A stretch of DNA of 64,000 bases, taken from positions 204,972,001 through 205,036,000 of the forward strand of contig OZ024743.1 in NCBI GenBank assembly GCA_964016885.1. The letters are read 5' to 3'. The stretch's first letter is position 1, and the number at the start of each line of letters is the position of its first letter. The stretch is from Eledone cirrhosa. Its lineage: Eukaryota. The position numbers and the translations under genes are program-made. Of the stretch, positions 11,501 through 27,348 are shown piece by piece. The notes below the pieces were generated by a model. That model saw only the letters and a list, made by a program, of their open reading frames with translations. It had not been told where the DNA came from and searched no databases.

Positions 11501-14007
11501 TGAGTATTTATATGAGTTTTCACTGGTGTTTTTAATGGGTTTTTCAATATTGCATTTAATGAAATTTTTAATATGGTTTCAAATGGAATTTTTAATGTGT
11601 TTTTAATTGGGTTTCTAGTGACGTTTTTAATGGTACTTTAAATGACGTTTTAATGACTTTTATGGCGTTTTAATGGGTTTTTTAATTGGGTTTTTAATGT
11701 AGTTTTTTAAAAGATCTTTACTTGGGATTTTATGGGTTTTCAATGCGGTTTTTAATGGTATATAAATGGAGTTTTTGGTGTGGTTGTTAATGGTATTAGT
11801 GACATTTTAATGTGTTTTTAATGGTGTTTTAAGCGAGTTTCTGATTTAGTTTAAATTTAAATATTTGATGGTCCTTCTAATGGGCTTTAATGGATGTGTA
11901 ATGTGTTTAATGCAATTTTAATGGGGTTTAATGGGGGTAGTAGGTTTCAATGGGTTTTAATGGAGTTTTAATGGCTAGTGCTCTTTTTTTTTAGAGTTTT
12001 TAATGGTGTTTTTAATGGTTTTTCATTGAGCTTTTAATTGCGTTTTTAATTGCGTTTTTAATCTAGTTTAAAAATTGAGTTTTAATGGGTTTTTCAATTA
12101 GGTTTTTAATGGATTTATAATGGTGTTTTTTACGGACCCTTTAATTTTTTATAATGGGTTTTCAATGCCGTTTTAATGGTGTTTTTTAATGGTATCCTTA
12201 ATGACGCTTCGATAAGTTTCAATGTTATTTTAATGGGGTTTAGATTGATTTTTTAATGGAGTTTTTTTTAATGAACTTTTATTGGGGTTTTCAATCAGGT
12301 TTTTAACTGAATTTTTAATGTTTTTCAATTAGATTTTTTATGGAGTTTTTATGGGCTTTTTAATGAGTTTTTAATGGTGTGCTAATTGAGTTTTCAATTA
12401 CCTTTTTAATTGAGTATAAAATCGAGTTTTTACTAAGTTTTTAATGAATTTTTAATGGAATTTTAATGGGGTTTCCAATGGACTTTTAATTGTGTTTTAA
12501 TGGGGTTTTAAAATTGGTTTTTAGTTGCATTTTCAGGGGCTTTTAATGGGGCTTAATGGGGGTTTAATGGGGGATTTAATTGAGTTTTTAATGGAGTTTA
12601 ATAGAGTTTATAATGTAGGTTTTAATGGAGTTTTTAATGAAGTTTTAATGTAGTTTTTAATGAGGTTTTTAATGACGATTTTAATGGCGTTCTTAATGGC
12701 GTTTTAATGGTATTTTATGGCATTTTAATGACGGTTGTAATGGTTTTTAATGGAGTGTTAATTGGTTATTAATTGTATTTTAATGGGTTTTATGAGCTTT
12801 TTAATGGACTTTTTAGTGGTGTTTTTAATGGAGTTTTTAATGGGTCTTTTAATGGAATTTGCAATGTATTTTTTAATGGTGTTTTCAATTGTATTTTTAA
12901 TGACGTTTTAATGGTGTTTTTTATGGCGTTTTAATAGGATTTTTAATTGGTTTTTTAAAGGACTATTATTATGGGTTTTTTATGTAATTTTATAATGGGA
13001 TTTTCAGTAGGGTTTTTAATTGGATTTTTAATGGAGTTTATAATATGTTTTTTAATTGGATTTTTAAAGAATTTATAATTGCGGTTTTAATATAGTGTTT
13101 AATGGAGTATTTAATTGGTTTTTAATGGTAATTTTAATGGAGTGTTTAATGTGTTTTTAATGGGGGAGGAGGGGGTAAAATGCAGTTTTTAATTGAGTTA
13201 TCAATGGAGTTTTTAATGACATTTTTAATGACGTTTTAATAGCGTTTTATGACGTTTTAATGACGTTTTAATGGTTTTTTTATTGGGATTTGGGAGTTTT
13301 TATGAGCTTCTAATTAGGTTTTAAATGGGGTTTTCAATGAGGTTTTTAGTGGAATTTTTAATGGGCCTTTAATGTATTTTTAATGGGATTTTAATGTTTT
13401 TTATGGCGTTTTTAATGGTATTTTAAATGCTGTTTTAATGTTTCTTTTATGGCCTTTTAATTGGGTTTTTGATTGAGTTTTTAATGGATTTTTTTAACGA
13501 GAATTATGAAGTTTAATGGGTTTCCAGTGTGTTTTAAATGAAGTTTTTGATAATATTTTTAATGGAATTTTAATGGCGGTTATGGGATTTTAATGGGTTC
13601 TGGTGGTATTTTTGTGGGTTTTAATGGGGTGTTAAATGGTTTTAATGTTGTTTTACTTGCGCTTTCGATTACGTTTACAATTAAGTTTTTACTGTTTTTA
13701 ATTGGATTTTTAATGGATTTTAATGTGGTTTTTAATGGAATTTTAATGGTGTTTTAATATAGTTTTTAATGGGTTTCGGATGTAGCTTTTAATGGTGGTT
13801 TAGTGTGCTTTTTATTGGGTTTTTAATGAGTTTTTATGAGCTTTTCAATGGAGTTTTTAATGGTGTTTATATATATATATATACATACATACATATATAT
13901 GTATATATATATATTTACACATATATATGTGTATATATATATGTGTATATATATATTTACACATATATATGTGTATATATATATTTACACATATATATGT
14001 GTATTAA

Positions 14008-14040
<33 letters not shown>

Positions 14041-14041
14041 T

Positions 14042-14119
<78 letters not shown>

Positions 14120-14214
14120 TATATATATATATATATATATTAAATATATATATATATATATATATATTAAATATATATATATATATATATTAAATATATA
14201 TATATATATATATA

Positions 14215-14267
<53 letters not shown>

Positions 14268-14883
14268 TATATATATATATATATATATTCCACTTTCATG
14301 TTACACAATATATATAAACTGGGATTTATATTTTGCGTTAGTGCCATATTAAGCTGACAACGATATATTCGTATCTTAAAAAATATTTTTTTTAGATCAC
14401 ATTGTTCTAGATATTATTAAAATTATTAAATCTATTTTCAATTTGCACGAACACTTGCATATACTACATACATACATTTATATAGACACTAACACAAATA
14501 TTAGCATATACATAATTTCTTAGTCATTGAGGATGTGTTTTTATACATACATATGCATATTGCATACATACATACATACACACATACAAGCATATACATA
14601 GACATACACACACACATATATAAACACACTGTATATATATATATACATACACACACACACACATATATATATACACACACACACTATATATATATATAGT
14701 GTGTGGTGTATATATATATATGTGTGTGTGTGTATGTATATATATACAGTGTGTGTATATATATGTGTGTGTATGTGTATGTATATGATTGTATGTGTGT
14801 ATGTATGGATGCAATATGCATATGTATGTATAAAAAACACATCCTCAATTACTAAGAAAATATGTATATGCTAATATTTGTGT

Positions 14884-14915
<32 letters not shown>

Positions 14916-14978
14916 CGCACACACTATATATATATATATATATACATACACACTATATATATATATATACACACACAC

Positions 14979-15031
<53 letters not shown>

Positions 15032-18000
15032 AATCCCATTAAAAACCACATTAAAAATTCAATTAAAAATCTATTTTGAAAAACCCATTAAAAACCCCAT
15101 TATAAGCTCATAAAACACTCCATTAAAACCCCAACCAAACCCCCCATTAAAACACAATTAAAACATCATTAAGAATGCCAATAAAAGCGCCATTAAAAAC
15201 CACATTGGAAACCCATAAAAACCCAATTAAAACAAAATTAAAGTTTCCATTAAAAGTCCCCATTAAAACTCCATTAAAACCCCCATTAACCCCCCCCCCT
15301 CGAAAAGACATTAAAACCTCAAATTTAAACCGAAATAAAAACTCAATAAAAACGCAATTAAAAACTCAATTAAAACACCATTAAAAACACAATTAAAAGC
15401 CCATTAAACCAATTAAAATTGCATTAACACACCACTAAGGTTCCATTGGAAAACCATTAAAAATGTCATTAAAAACTACACTGAAAACCCATTAAACCCC
15501 TATTAAAAGCGCACCCAAAACTTTATAAAAAAACCAAATAAAAACCCCATTAAAATACCATTAAAACGGCATAAAACACCATTAAAACTACATTAAAACT
15601 CAATTAAAAATTCCATTTAAATCTCCATTATAAACTCAATTAAAACTCCATTAAAACTCAATTAAAAACTCCATTAAAAACACACACACATGAAGTTACA
15701 TGCTGGCTTGCACACTTATAGCGATTGCTATTTCCTTTTAATTTCATTAAAACTAGGATGTTTTAGAAAGATAAAAACAAAACTGAATAATGAAGAGACT
15801 AGGGAGGGGTAAAGAAAGGCAGATCAGGCTGTAGAGGACAGTAGGGGGAGAAGAGGGAAGAGACTTGGGAGGGGTAAAGAAAGGCAGATCTGGCTGTAGA
15901 GGACAGTAGGGGGAGAAGAGGGAGAAATAAACTAAATTATAAACTAAGTTATAAACTAAATTATAAACTAAATTAAAAACTCAATACAATAAAATAAAAT
16001 AAAATAAAATAAAATAAAATAAAATAAAATAAAATAAAATAAAATAAAATAAAATAAAATAAAATAAAATAAAATAAAAAATAAAATAAAATAAAATAAA
16101 ATAAAATAAAATAAAATAAAATAAAATAAAAAAAATAAAATAAAATAAAATAAAAAAAACTAAAAAATATAAATAAAATAAAATAAAATAAATAAAATAA
16201 AATAAAATAAAATAAAATAAAATAAATAAAAATAAAATAAAATAAAAAAAAATAAAAAAAAATTAAATATAAAAAATAAATAAAATAAAATAAAATAAGA
16301 ACTCAATTAAAAACTCAGTAAAAACTCAATTAAAAACTCAATTAAAAACTCAATCGAAGCACCATTAAAACACCATTAAAAACTCCACTATAAACCCACT
16401 AAACCCATTAAAAACCAATTAAAAATTCAATTACACATCCCATTAGAAATTTCATTAAAAACTCAATTAAAAGTTCCATTGAAAACACATTCAAAACCCA
16501 TTAACCCCATATTAAAAGTTCATAAAACTCTATTAAAAACCCAATAACAAACCAATTAAAACGCCATTAAAACGCCACAAAACACAATAAAATGTCATAA
16601 AAACGCCATTAAAACATCACAAAAAGCCCAATTAAAAAACCATTAATAATGTCATTAAAAATTCCATAAAAATCCATTAAAAACTCCACTAAAAGCCCAT
16701 TAAAAAGTTCATTAAAAGCCATATTATAAATTTCATAAAAAACAATTGAAAACCCCATTATTTATGAGCCTTTTTTATGAGTTTTTAATAGTGTTTTATT
16801 CAGTTTTTAATTGCGTTTAAAATTGGGTTTTAATGGCTTTTTAATGGTGTTTTAATGGAATTTTAATGTGATTTTCGATGGTGTTTAATGGGTTTTTTAT
16901 GGAGTTTTTAATTGGGTTTTCAATGGTGTTGTTTATGAGTTTTAAATGGGTTTTTAATGGAATTTTTGATTGCGTTTTTAATGAAATTTTTAATAGATTC
17001 AAGGATGTTTTAATGGAGTTTTTAATGGTCTTTTTAATGGCGTTTTAATTGTGTTTTTATGGTGTTTAAATGCGTTTTAATGATTTTTAATTGGGTTTTT
17101 AATGGAGTATTTTTAATGAGCTCTTAATGGATTTTTCAATTGGATACTTAATGGGTTTTAATGGAATTTATAATAAGGGTTCTAATTGACTTTAAATATG
17201 ATTTTTAATGGAGTTTTTAATGAAATTTCTAATGGTGTTTTTAATTGCGTTTCCCCCCGTGAGGGTTTTAATGGCATTTTAAATGACATTTTAATGAGTT
17301 TTTATGATGTTTTAATGGCGTTGTAATTGTTTTTTATTGGGTTTTTAATATAATTTTGTATGAGCTTTTAATGGGGGTTTTCAATGTTGTTTTTAATGGA
17401 GTGTTTAATGGAATTTTAATGGGGGTTTGATAAAAAAAATTAATTGCTTTTTAATTTAATTTTTAATGCGTTTTTGATGGTGTTTAAGTGCGTTCATGAT
17501 GATCTTTTCAATGGATTTTTAATGGGGTTTTAATTGACTTTTTAATGGTGTTTTCAATGTAATTTTTAATGATAGTTTAATGGTGTTTTAATGACGTTTT
17601 AATTGTGTTTTTTATGGTGTTTTAGTGACGTTTAAATATGATTTTTAATTGGTTTTTTAATTGAGTATTTATATGAGTTTTCACTGGTGTTTTTAATGGG
17701 TTTTTCAATATTGCATTTAATGAAATTTTTAATATGGTTTCAAATGGAATTTTTAATGTGTTTTTAATTGGGTTTCTAGTGACGTTTTTAATGGTACTTT
17801 AAATGACGTTTTAATGACTTTTATGGCGTTTTAATGGGTTTTTTAATTGGGTTTTTAATGTAGTTTTTTAAAAGATCTTTACTTGGGATTTTATGGGTTT
17901 TCAATGCGGTTTTTAATGGTATATAAATGGAGTTTTTGGTGTGGTTGTTAATGGTATTAGTGACATTTTAATGTGTTTTTAATGGTGTTTTAAGCGAGTT

Positions 18001-20169
18001 TCTGATTTAGTTTAAATTTAAATATTTGATGGTCCTTCTAATGGGCTTTAATGGATGTGTAATGTGTTTAATGCAATTTTAATGGGGTTTAATGGGGGTA
18101 GTAGGTTTCAATGGGTTTTAATGGAGTTTTAATGGCTAGTGCTCTTTTTTTTTTAGAGTTTTTAATGGTGTTTTTAATGGTTTTTCATTGAGCTTTTAAT
18201 TGCGTTTTTAATTGCGTTTTTAATCTAGTTTAAAAATTGAGTTTTAATGGGTTTTTCAATTAGGTTTTTAATGGATTTATAATGGTGTTTTTTACGGACC
18301 CTTTAATTTTTTATAATGGGTTTTCAATGCCGTTTTAATGGTGTTTTTTAATGGTATCCTTAATGACGCTTCGATAAGTTTCAATGTTATTTTAATGGGG
18401 TTTAGATTGATTTTTTAATGGAGTTTTTTTTAATGAACTTTTATTGGGGTTTTCAATCAGGTTTTTAACTGAATTTTTAATGTTTTTCAATTAGATTTTT
18501 TATGGAGTTTTTATGGGCTTTTTAATGAGTTTTTAATGGTGTGCTAATTGAGTTTTCAATTACCTTTTTAATTGAGTATAAAATCGAGTTTTTACTAAGT
18601 TTTTAATGAATTTTTAATGGAATTTTAATGGGGTTTCCAATGGACTTTTAATTGTGTTTTAATGGGGTTTTAAAATTGGTTTTTAGTTGCATTTTCAGGG
18701 GCTTTTAATGGGGCTTAATGGGGGTTTAATGGGGGATTTAATTGAGTTTTTAATGGAGTTTAATAGAGTTTATAATGTAGGTTTTAATGGAGTTTTTAAT
18801 GAAGTTTTAATGTAGTTTTTAATGAGGTTTTTAATGACGATTTTAATGGCGTTCTTAATGGCGTTTTAATGGTATTTTATGGCATTTTAATGACGGTTGT
18901 AATGGTTTTTAATGGAGTGTTAATTGGTTATTAATTGTATTTTAATGGGTTTTATGAGCTTTTTAATGGACTTTTTAGTGGTGTTTTTAATGGAGTTTTT
19001 AATGGGTCTTTTAATGGAATTTGCAATGTAGTTTTTAATGGTGTTTTCAATTGTATTTTTAATGACGTTTTAATGGTGTTTTTTATGGCGTTTTAATAGG
19101 ATTTTTAATTGGTTTTTTAAAGGACTATTATTATGGGTTTTTTATGTAATTTTATAATGGGATTTTCAGTAGGGTTTTTAATTGGATTTTTAATGGAGTT
19201 TATAATATGTTTTTTAATTGGATTTTTAAAGAATTTATAATTGCGGTTTTAATATAGTGTTTAATGGAGTATTTAATTGGTTTTTAATGGTAATTTTAAT
19301 GGAGTGTTTAATGTGTTTTTAATGGGGGAGGAGGGGGTAAAATGCAGTTTTTAATTGAGTTATCAATGGAGTTTTTAATGACATTTTTAATGACGTTTTA
19401 ATAGCGTTTTATGACGTTTTAATGACGTTTTAATGGTTTTTTTATTGGGTTTTGGGAGTTTTTATGAGCTTCTAATTAGGTTTTAAATGGGGTTTTCAAT
19501 GAGGTTTTTAGTGGAATTTTTAATGGGCCTTTAATGTATTTTTAATGGGATTTTAATGTTTTTTATGGCGTTTTTAATGGTATTTTAAATGCTGTTTTAA
19601 TGTTTCTTTTATGGCCTTTTAATTGGGTTTTTGATTGAGTTTTTAATGGATTTTTTTAACGAGAATTATGAAGTTTAATGGGTTTCCAGTGTGTTTTAAA
19701 TGAAGTTTTTGATAATATTTTTAATGGAATTTTAATGGCGGTTATGGGATTTTAATGGGTTCTGGTGGTATTTTTGTGGATTTTAATGGGGTGTTAAATG
19801 GTTTTAATGTTGTTTTACTTGCGCTTTCGATTACGTTTACAATTAAGTTTTTACTGTTTTTAATTGGATTTTTAATGGATTTTAATGTGGTTTTTAATGG
19901 AATTTTAATGGTGTTTTAATATAGTTTTTAATGGGTTTCGGATGTAGCTTTTAATGGTGGTTTAGTGTGCTTTTTATTGGGTTTTTAATGAGTTTTTATG
20001 AGCTTTACAATGGAGTTTTTAATGGTGTTTATATATATATATATACATACATACATATATATGTATATATATATATTTACACATATATATGTGTATATAT
20101 ATATGTGTATATATATATTTACACATATATATGTGTATATATATATTTACACATATATATGTGTATTAA

Positions 20170-20200
<31 letters not shown>

Positions 20201-20201
20201 T

Positions 20202-20271
<70 letters not shown>

Positions 20272-20369
20272 TATATATATATATATATATATTAAATATA
20301 TATATATATATATATATATTAAATATATATATATATATATATATTAAATATATATATATATATATATAT

Positions 20370-20436
<67 letters not shown>

Positions 20437-21052
20437 TATATATATATATATATATATTCCACTTTCATGTTACACAATATATATAAACTGGGATTTATAT
20501 TTTGCGTTAGTGCCATATTAAGCTGACAACGATATATTCGTATCTTAAAAAATATTTTTTTTAGATCACATTGTTCTAGATATTATTAAAATTATTAAAT
20601 CTATTTTCAATTTGCACGAACACTTGCATATACTACATACATACATTTATATAGACACTAACACAAATATTAGCATATACATAATTTCTTAGTCATTGAG
20701 GATGTGTTTTTATACATACATATGCATATTGCATACATACATACATACACACATACAAGCATATACATAGACATACACACACACATATATACACACACTG
20801 TATATATATATATACATACACACACACACACATATATATATACACACACACACTATATATATATATAGTGTGTGGTGTATATATATATATGTGTGTGTGT
20901 GTATGTATATATATACAGTGTGTGTATATATATGTGTGTGTATGTGTATGAATATGCTTGTATGTGTGTATGTATGGATGCAATATGCATATGTATGTAT
21001 AAAAAACACATCCTCAATTACTAAGAAAATATGTATATGCTAATATTTGTGT

Positions 21053-21086
<34 letters not shown>

Positions 21087-21160
21087 CGCACACACTATAT
21101 ATATATATATATATACATACACACTATATATATATATATACACACACACTATATATTATA

Positions 21161-21192
<32 letters not shown>

Positions 21193-24100
21193 AATCCCAT
21201 TAAAAACCACATTAAAAATTCAATTAAAAATCTATTTTGAAAAACCCATTAAAAACCCCATTATAAGCTCATAAAACACTCCATTAAAACCCCAACCAAA
21301 CCCCCCATTAAAACACAATTAAAACATCATTAAGAATGCCAATAAAAGCGCCATTAAAAACCACATTGGAAACCCATAAAAACCCAATTAAAACAAAATT
21401 AAAGTTTCCATTAAAAGTCCCCATTAAAACACCATTAAAACACCCATTAAACCCCCCCCCCCTCGAAAAGACATTAAAACCTCAAATTTAAACCGAAATA
21501 AAAACTCAATTAAAACGCAATTAAAAACTCAATTAAAACACCATTGAAAACACTATTAAAAGCCCATTAAACCAATTAAAATTGCATTAACACACCACTA
21601 AGGTTCCATTGGAAAACCATTAAAAATGTCATTAAACCTACAGTGAAAACCCATTAAACCCCCATTAAAAGCGCACCCAAAACTTTATAAAAAACCAAAT
21701 AAAAACCCCATTAAAATACCATTAAAACGGCATAAAACACCATTAAAACTACATTAAAACTCAATTAAAAATTCCATTTAAATCTCCATTATAAACTCAA
21801 TTAAAACTCCATTAAAACTCAATTAAAAACTCCATTAAAAACACACACACATGAAGTTACATGCTGGCTTGCACACTTATAGCGATTGCTATTTCCTTTT
21901 AATTTCATTAAAACTAGGATGTTTTAGAAAGATAAAAACAAAACTGAATAATGAAGAGACTAGGGAGGGGTAAAGAAAGGCAGATCAGGCTGTAGAGGAC
22001 AGTAGGGGGAGAAGAGGGAAGAGACTTGGGAGGGGTAAAGAAAGGCAGATCTGGCTGTAGAGGACAGTAGGGGGAGAAGAGGGAGAAATAAACTAAATTA
22101 TAAACTAAGTTATAAACTAAATTATAAACTAAATTAAAAACTCAATAAAATAAAATAAAATAAAATAAAATAAAATAAAATAAAATAAAATAAAATAAAA
22201 TAAAATAAAATAAAGTAAAAAAAATAAAATAAAATAAAATAAAATAAAATAAAAAATAAAATAAAATAAAATAAAATAAAATAAAATAAAATAAAATAAA
22301 ATAAAATAAAATAAAATAAAAAAAATAAAATAAAATAAAATAAAAAAAAATAAAAAATATAAATAAATAAAATAAAATAAATAAAATAAAATAAAATAAA
22401 ATAAAATAAAATAAAATAAATAAAAATAAAATAAAATAAAAAAAAATAAAAAAAAATTAAATATAAAAAATAAATAAAATAAAATAAAATAAGAACTCAA
22501 TTAAAAACTCAGTAAAAACTCAATTAAAAACTCAATTAAAAACTCAATCGAAGCACCATTAAAACACCATTAAAAACTCCACTATAAACCCACTAAACCC
22601 ATTAAAACCAATTAAAAATTCAATTACACATCCCATTAGAAATTTCATTAAAAACTCAATTAAAAGTTCCATTGAAAACACATTCAAAACCCATTAACCC
22701 CATATTAAAAGTTCATAAAACTCTATTAAAAACCCAATAACAAACCAATTAAAACGCCATTAAAACGCCACAAAACACAATAAAATGTCATAAAAACGCC
22801 ATTAAAACATCACAAAAAGCCCAATTAAAAAACCATTAATAATGCCATTAAAAATTCCATAAAAATCCATTAAAAACTCCACTAAAAGCCCATTAAAAAG
22901 TTCATTAAAAGCCATATTATAAATTTCATAAAAAACAATTGAAAACCCCATTATTTATGAGCCTTTTTTATGAGTTTTTAATAGTGTTTTAATTCAGTTT
23001 TTAATTGCGTTTAAAATTGGGTTTTAATGGCTTTTTAATGGTGTTTTAATGGAATTTTAATGTGATTTTCGATGGTGTTTAATGGGTTTTTTATGGAGTT
23101 TTTAATTGGGTTTTCAATGGTGTTGTTTATGAGTTTTAAATGGGTTTTTAATGGAATTTTTGATTGCGTTTTTAATGAAATTTTTAATAGATTCAAGGAT
23201 GTTTTAATGGAGTTTTTAATGGTCTTTTTAATGGCGTTTTAATTGTGTTTTTATGGTGTTTAAATGCGTTTTAATGATTTTTAATTGGGTTTTTAATGGA
23301 GTATTTTTAATGAGCTCTTAATGGATTTTTCAATTGGATACTTAATGGGTTTTAATGGAATTTATAATAAGGGTTTTAATTGACTTTAAATATGATTTTT
23401 AATGGAGTTTTTAATGAAATTTCTAATGGTGTTTTTAATTGCGTTTCCCCCCGTGAGGGTTTTAATGGCATTTTAAATGACATTTTAATGAGTTTTTATG
23501 ATGTTTTAATGGCGTTGTAATTGTTTTTTATTGGGTTTTTAATATAATTTTGTATGAGCTTTTAATGGGGGTTTTCAATGTTGTTTTTAATGGAGTGTTT
23601 AATGGAATTTTAATGGGGGTTTGATAAAAAAAATTAATTGCTTTTTAATTTAATTTTTAATGCGTTTTTGATGGTGTTTAAGTGCGTTCATGATGATCTT
23701 TTTAATGGATTTTTAATGGGGTTTTAATTGAATTTTTAATGGTGTTTTCAATGTAATTTTTAATGATAGTTTAATGGTGTTTTAATGACGTTTTAATTGT
23801 GTTTTTTATGGTGTTTTAGTGACGTTTAAATATGATTTTTAATTGGTTTTTTAATTGAGTATTTATATGAGTTTTCACTGGTGTTTTTAATGGGTTTTTC
23901 AATATTGCATTTAATGAAATTTTTAATATGGTTTCAAATGGAATTTTTAATGTATTTTTAATTGGGTTTCTAGTGACGTTTTTAATGGTACTTTAAATGA
24001 CGTTTTAATGACTTTTATGGCGTTTTAATGGGTTTTTTAATTGGGTTTTTAATGTAGTTTTTTAAAAGATCTTTACTTGGGATTTTATGGGTTTTCAATG

Positions 24101-26351
24101 CGGTTTTTAATGGTATATTAATGGAGTTTTTGGTGTGGTTGTTAATGGTATTAGTGACATTTTAATGTGTTTTTAATGGTGTTTTAAGCGAGTTTCTGAT
24201 TTAGTTTAAATTTAAATATTTGATGGTCCTTCTAATGGGCTTTAATGGATGTGTAATGTGTTTAATGCAATTTTAATGGGGTTTAATGGGGGTAGTAGGT
24301 TTCAATGGGTTTTAATGGAGTTTTAATGGCTAGTGCTCTTTTTTTTAGAGTTTTTAATGGTGTTTTTAATGGTTTTTCATTGAGCTTTTAATTGCGTTTT
24401 TAATTGCGTTTTTAATCTAGTTTAAAAATTGAGTTTTAATGGGTTTTTCAATTAGGTTTTTAATGGATTTATAATGGTGTTTTTTACGGACCCTTTAATT
24501 TTTTATAATGGGTTTTCAATGCCGTTTTAATGGTGTTTTTTAATGGTATCCTTAATGACGCTTCGATAAGTTTCAATGTTATTTTAATGGGGTTTTGATT
24601 GATTTTTTAATGGAGTTTTTTTAATGAACTTTTATTGGGGTTTTCAATCAGGTTTTTAACTGAATTTTTAATGTTTTTCAATTAAATTTTTTATGGAGTT
24701 TTTATGGGCTTTTTAATGAGTTTTTAATGGTGTGCTAATTGAGTTTTCAATTACCTTTTTAATTGAGTATAAAATCGAGTTTTTACTAAGTTTTTAATGA
24801 ATTTTTAATGGAATTTTAATGGGGTTTCCAATGGACTTTTAATTGTGTTTTAATGGGGTTTTAAAATTGGTTTTTAGTTGCATTTTCAGGGGCTTTTAAT
24901 GGGGCTTAATGGGGGTTTAATGGGGGATTTAATTGAGTTTTTAATGGAGTTTAATAGAGTTTATAATGTAGGTTTTAATGGAGTTTTTAATGAAGTTTTA
25001 ATGTAGTTTTTAATGAGGTTTTTAATGACGATTTTAATGGCGTTCTTAATGGCGTTTTAATGGTATTTTATGGCATTTTAATGACGGTTGTAATGGTTTT
25101 TAATGGAGTGTTAATTGGTTATTAATTGTATTTTAATGGGTTTTATGAGCTTTTTAATGGACTTTTTAGTGGTGTTTTTAATGGAGTTTTTAATGGGTCT
25201 TTTAATGGAATTTGCAATGTAGTTTTTAATGGTGTTTTCAATTGTATTTTTAATGACGTTTTAATGGTGTTTTTTATGGCGTTTTAATAGGATTTTTAAT
25301 TGGTTTTTTAAAGGACTATTATTATGGGTTTTTTATGTAATTTTATAATGGGATTTTCAGTAGGGTTTTTAATTGGATTTTTAATGGAGTTTATGTTTTT
25401 TAATTGGATTTTTAAAGAATTTATAATTGCGGTTTTAATATAGTGTTTAATGGAGTATTTAATTGGTTTTTAATGGTAATTTTAATGGAGTGTTTAATGT
25501 GTTTTTAATGGGGGAGGAGGGGGTAAAATGCAGTTTTTAATTGAGTTATCAATGGAGTTTTTAATGACATTTTTAATGACGTTTTAATAGCGTTTTATGA
25601 CGTTTTAATGACGTTTTAATGGTTTTTTTGGGGGGTTTTGGGAGTTTTTATGAGCTTCTAATTAGGTTTTAAATGGGGTTTTCAATGAGGTTTTTAGTGG
25701 AATTTTTAATGGGCCTTTAATGTATTTTTAATGGGATTTTAATGTTTTTTATGGCGTTTTTAATGGTATTTTAAATGCTGTTTTAATGTTTCTTTTATGG
25801 CCTTTTAATTGGGTTTTTGATTGAGTTTTTAATGAATTTTTTTTAACGAGAATTATGAAGTTTAATGGGTTTCCAGTGTGTTTTAAATGAAGTTTTTGAT
25901 AATATTTTTAATGGAATTTTAATGGCGGTTATGGGATTTTAATGGGTTCTGGTGGTATTTTTGTGGGTTTTAATGGGGTGTTAAATGGTTTTAATGTTGT
26001 TTTACTTGCGCTTTCGATTACGTTTACAATTAAGTTTTTACTGTTTTTAATTGGATTTTTAATGGATTTTAATGTGGTTTTTAATGGAATTTTAATGGTG
26101 TTTTAATATAGTTTTTAATGGGTTTCGGATGTAGCTTTTAATGGTGGTTTAGTGTGCTTTTTATTGGGTTTTTAATGAGTTTTTATGAGCTTTTCAATGG
26201 AGTTTTTAATGGTGTTTATATATATATATATATACATACATATATATGTATATATATATATTTACACATATATATGTGTATATATATATGTGTATATATA
26301 TATTTACACATATATATGTGTATATATATATTTACACATATATATGTGTAT

Positions 26352-26391
<40 letters not shown>

Positions 26392-26392
26392 T

Positions 26393-26460
<68 letters not shown>

Positions 26461-26483
26461 TATATATATATATATATATATAT

Positions 26484-26518
<35 letters not shown>

Positions 26519-26554
26519 TATATATATATATATATATATATATTAAATATATAT

Positions 26555-26597
<43 letters not shown>

Positions 26598-27190
26598 CAC
26601 TTTCATGTTACACACTATATATAAACTGGGATTTATATTTTGCGTTAGTGCCATATTAAGCTGACAACGATATATTCGTATCTTAAAAAATATTTTTTTT
26701 AGATCACATTGTTCTAGATATTATTAAAATTATTAAATCTATTTTCAATTTGCACGAACACTTGCATATACTACATACATACATTTATATAGACACTAAC
26801 ACAAATATTAGCATATACATAATTTCTTAGTCATTGAGGATGTGTTTTTATACATACATATGCATATTGCATACATACATACATACACACATACAAGCAT
26901 ATACATAGACATACACACACACATATATACACACACTGTATATATATATATACATACACACACACACACATATATATATACACACACACACTATATATAT
27001 ATATAGTGTGTGGTGTATATATATATATGTGTGTGTGTGTATGTATATATATACAGTGTGTGTATATATATGTGTGTGTATGTGTATGTATATGCTTGTA
27101 TGTGTGTATGTATGGATGCAATATGCATATGTATGTATAAAAAACACATCCTCAATTACTAAGAAAATATGTATATGCTAATATTTGTGT

Positions 27191-27222
<32 letters not shown>

Positions 27223-27285
27223 CGCACACACTATATATATATATATATATACATACACACTATATATATATATATACACACACAC

Positions 27286-27348
<63 letters not shown>

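Noticed and set aside
15175-15384. MPIKAPLKTT... 68-69 aa ORF in several units
   Set aside because: Translation of CCATTAAAA repeats; frameshifted by the poly-C length in other units.
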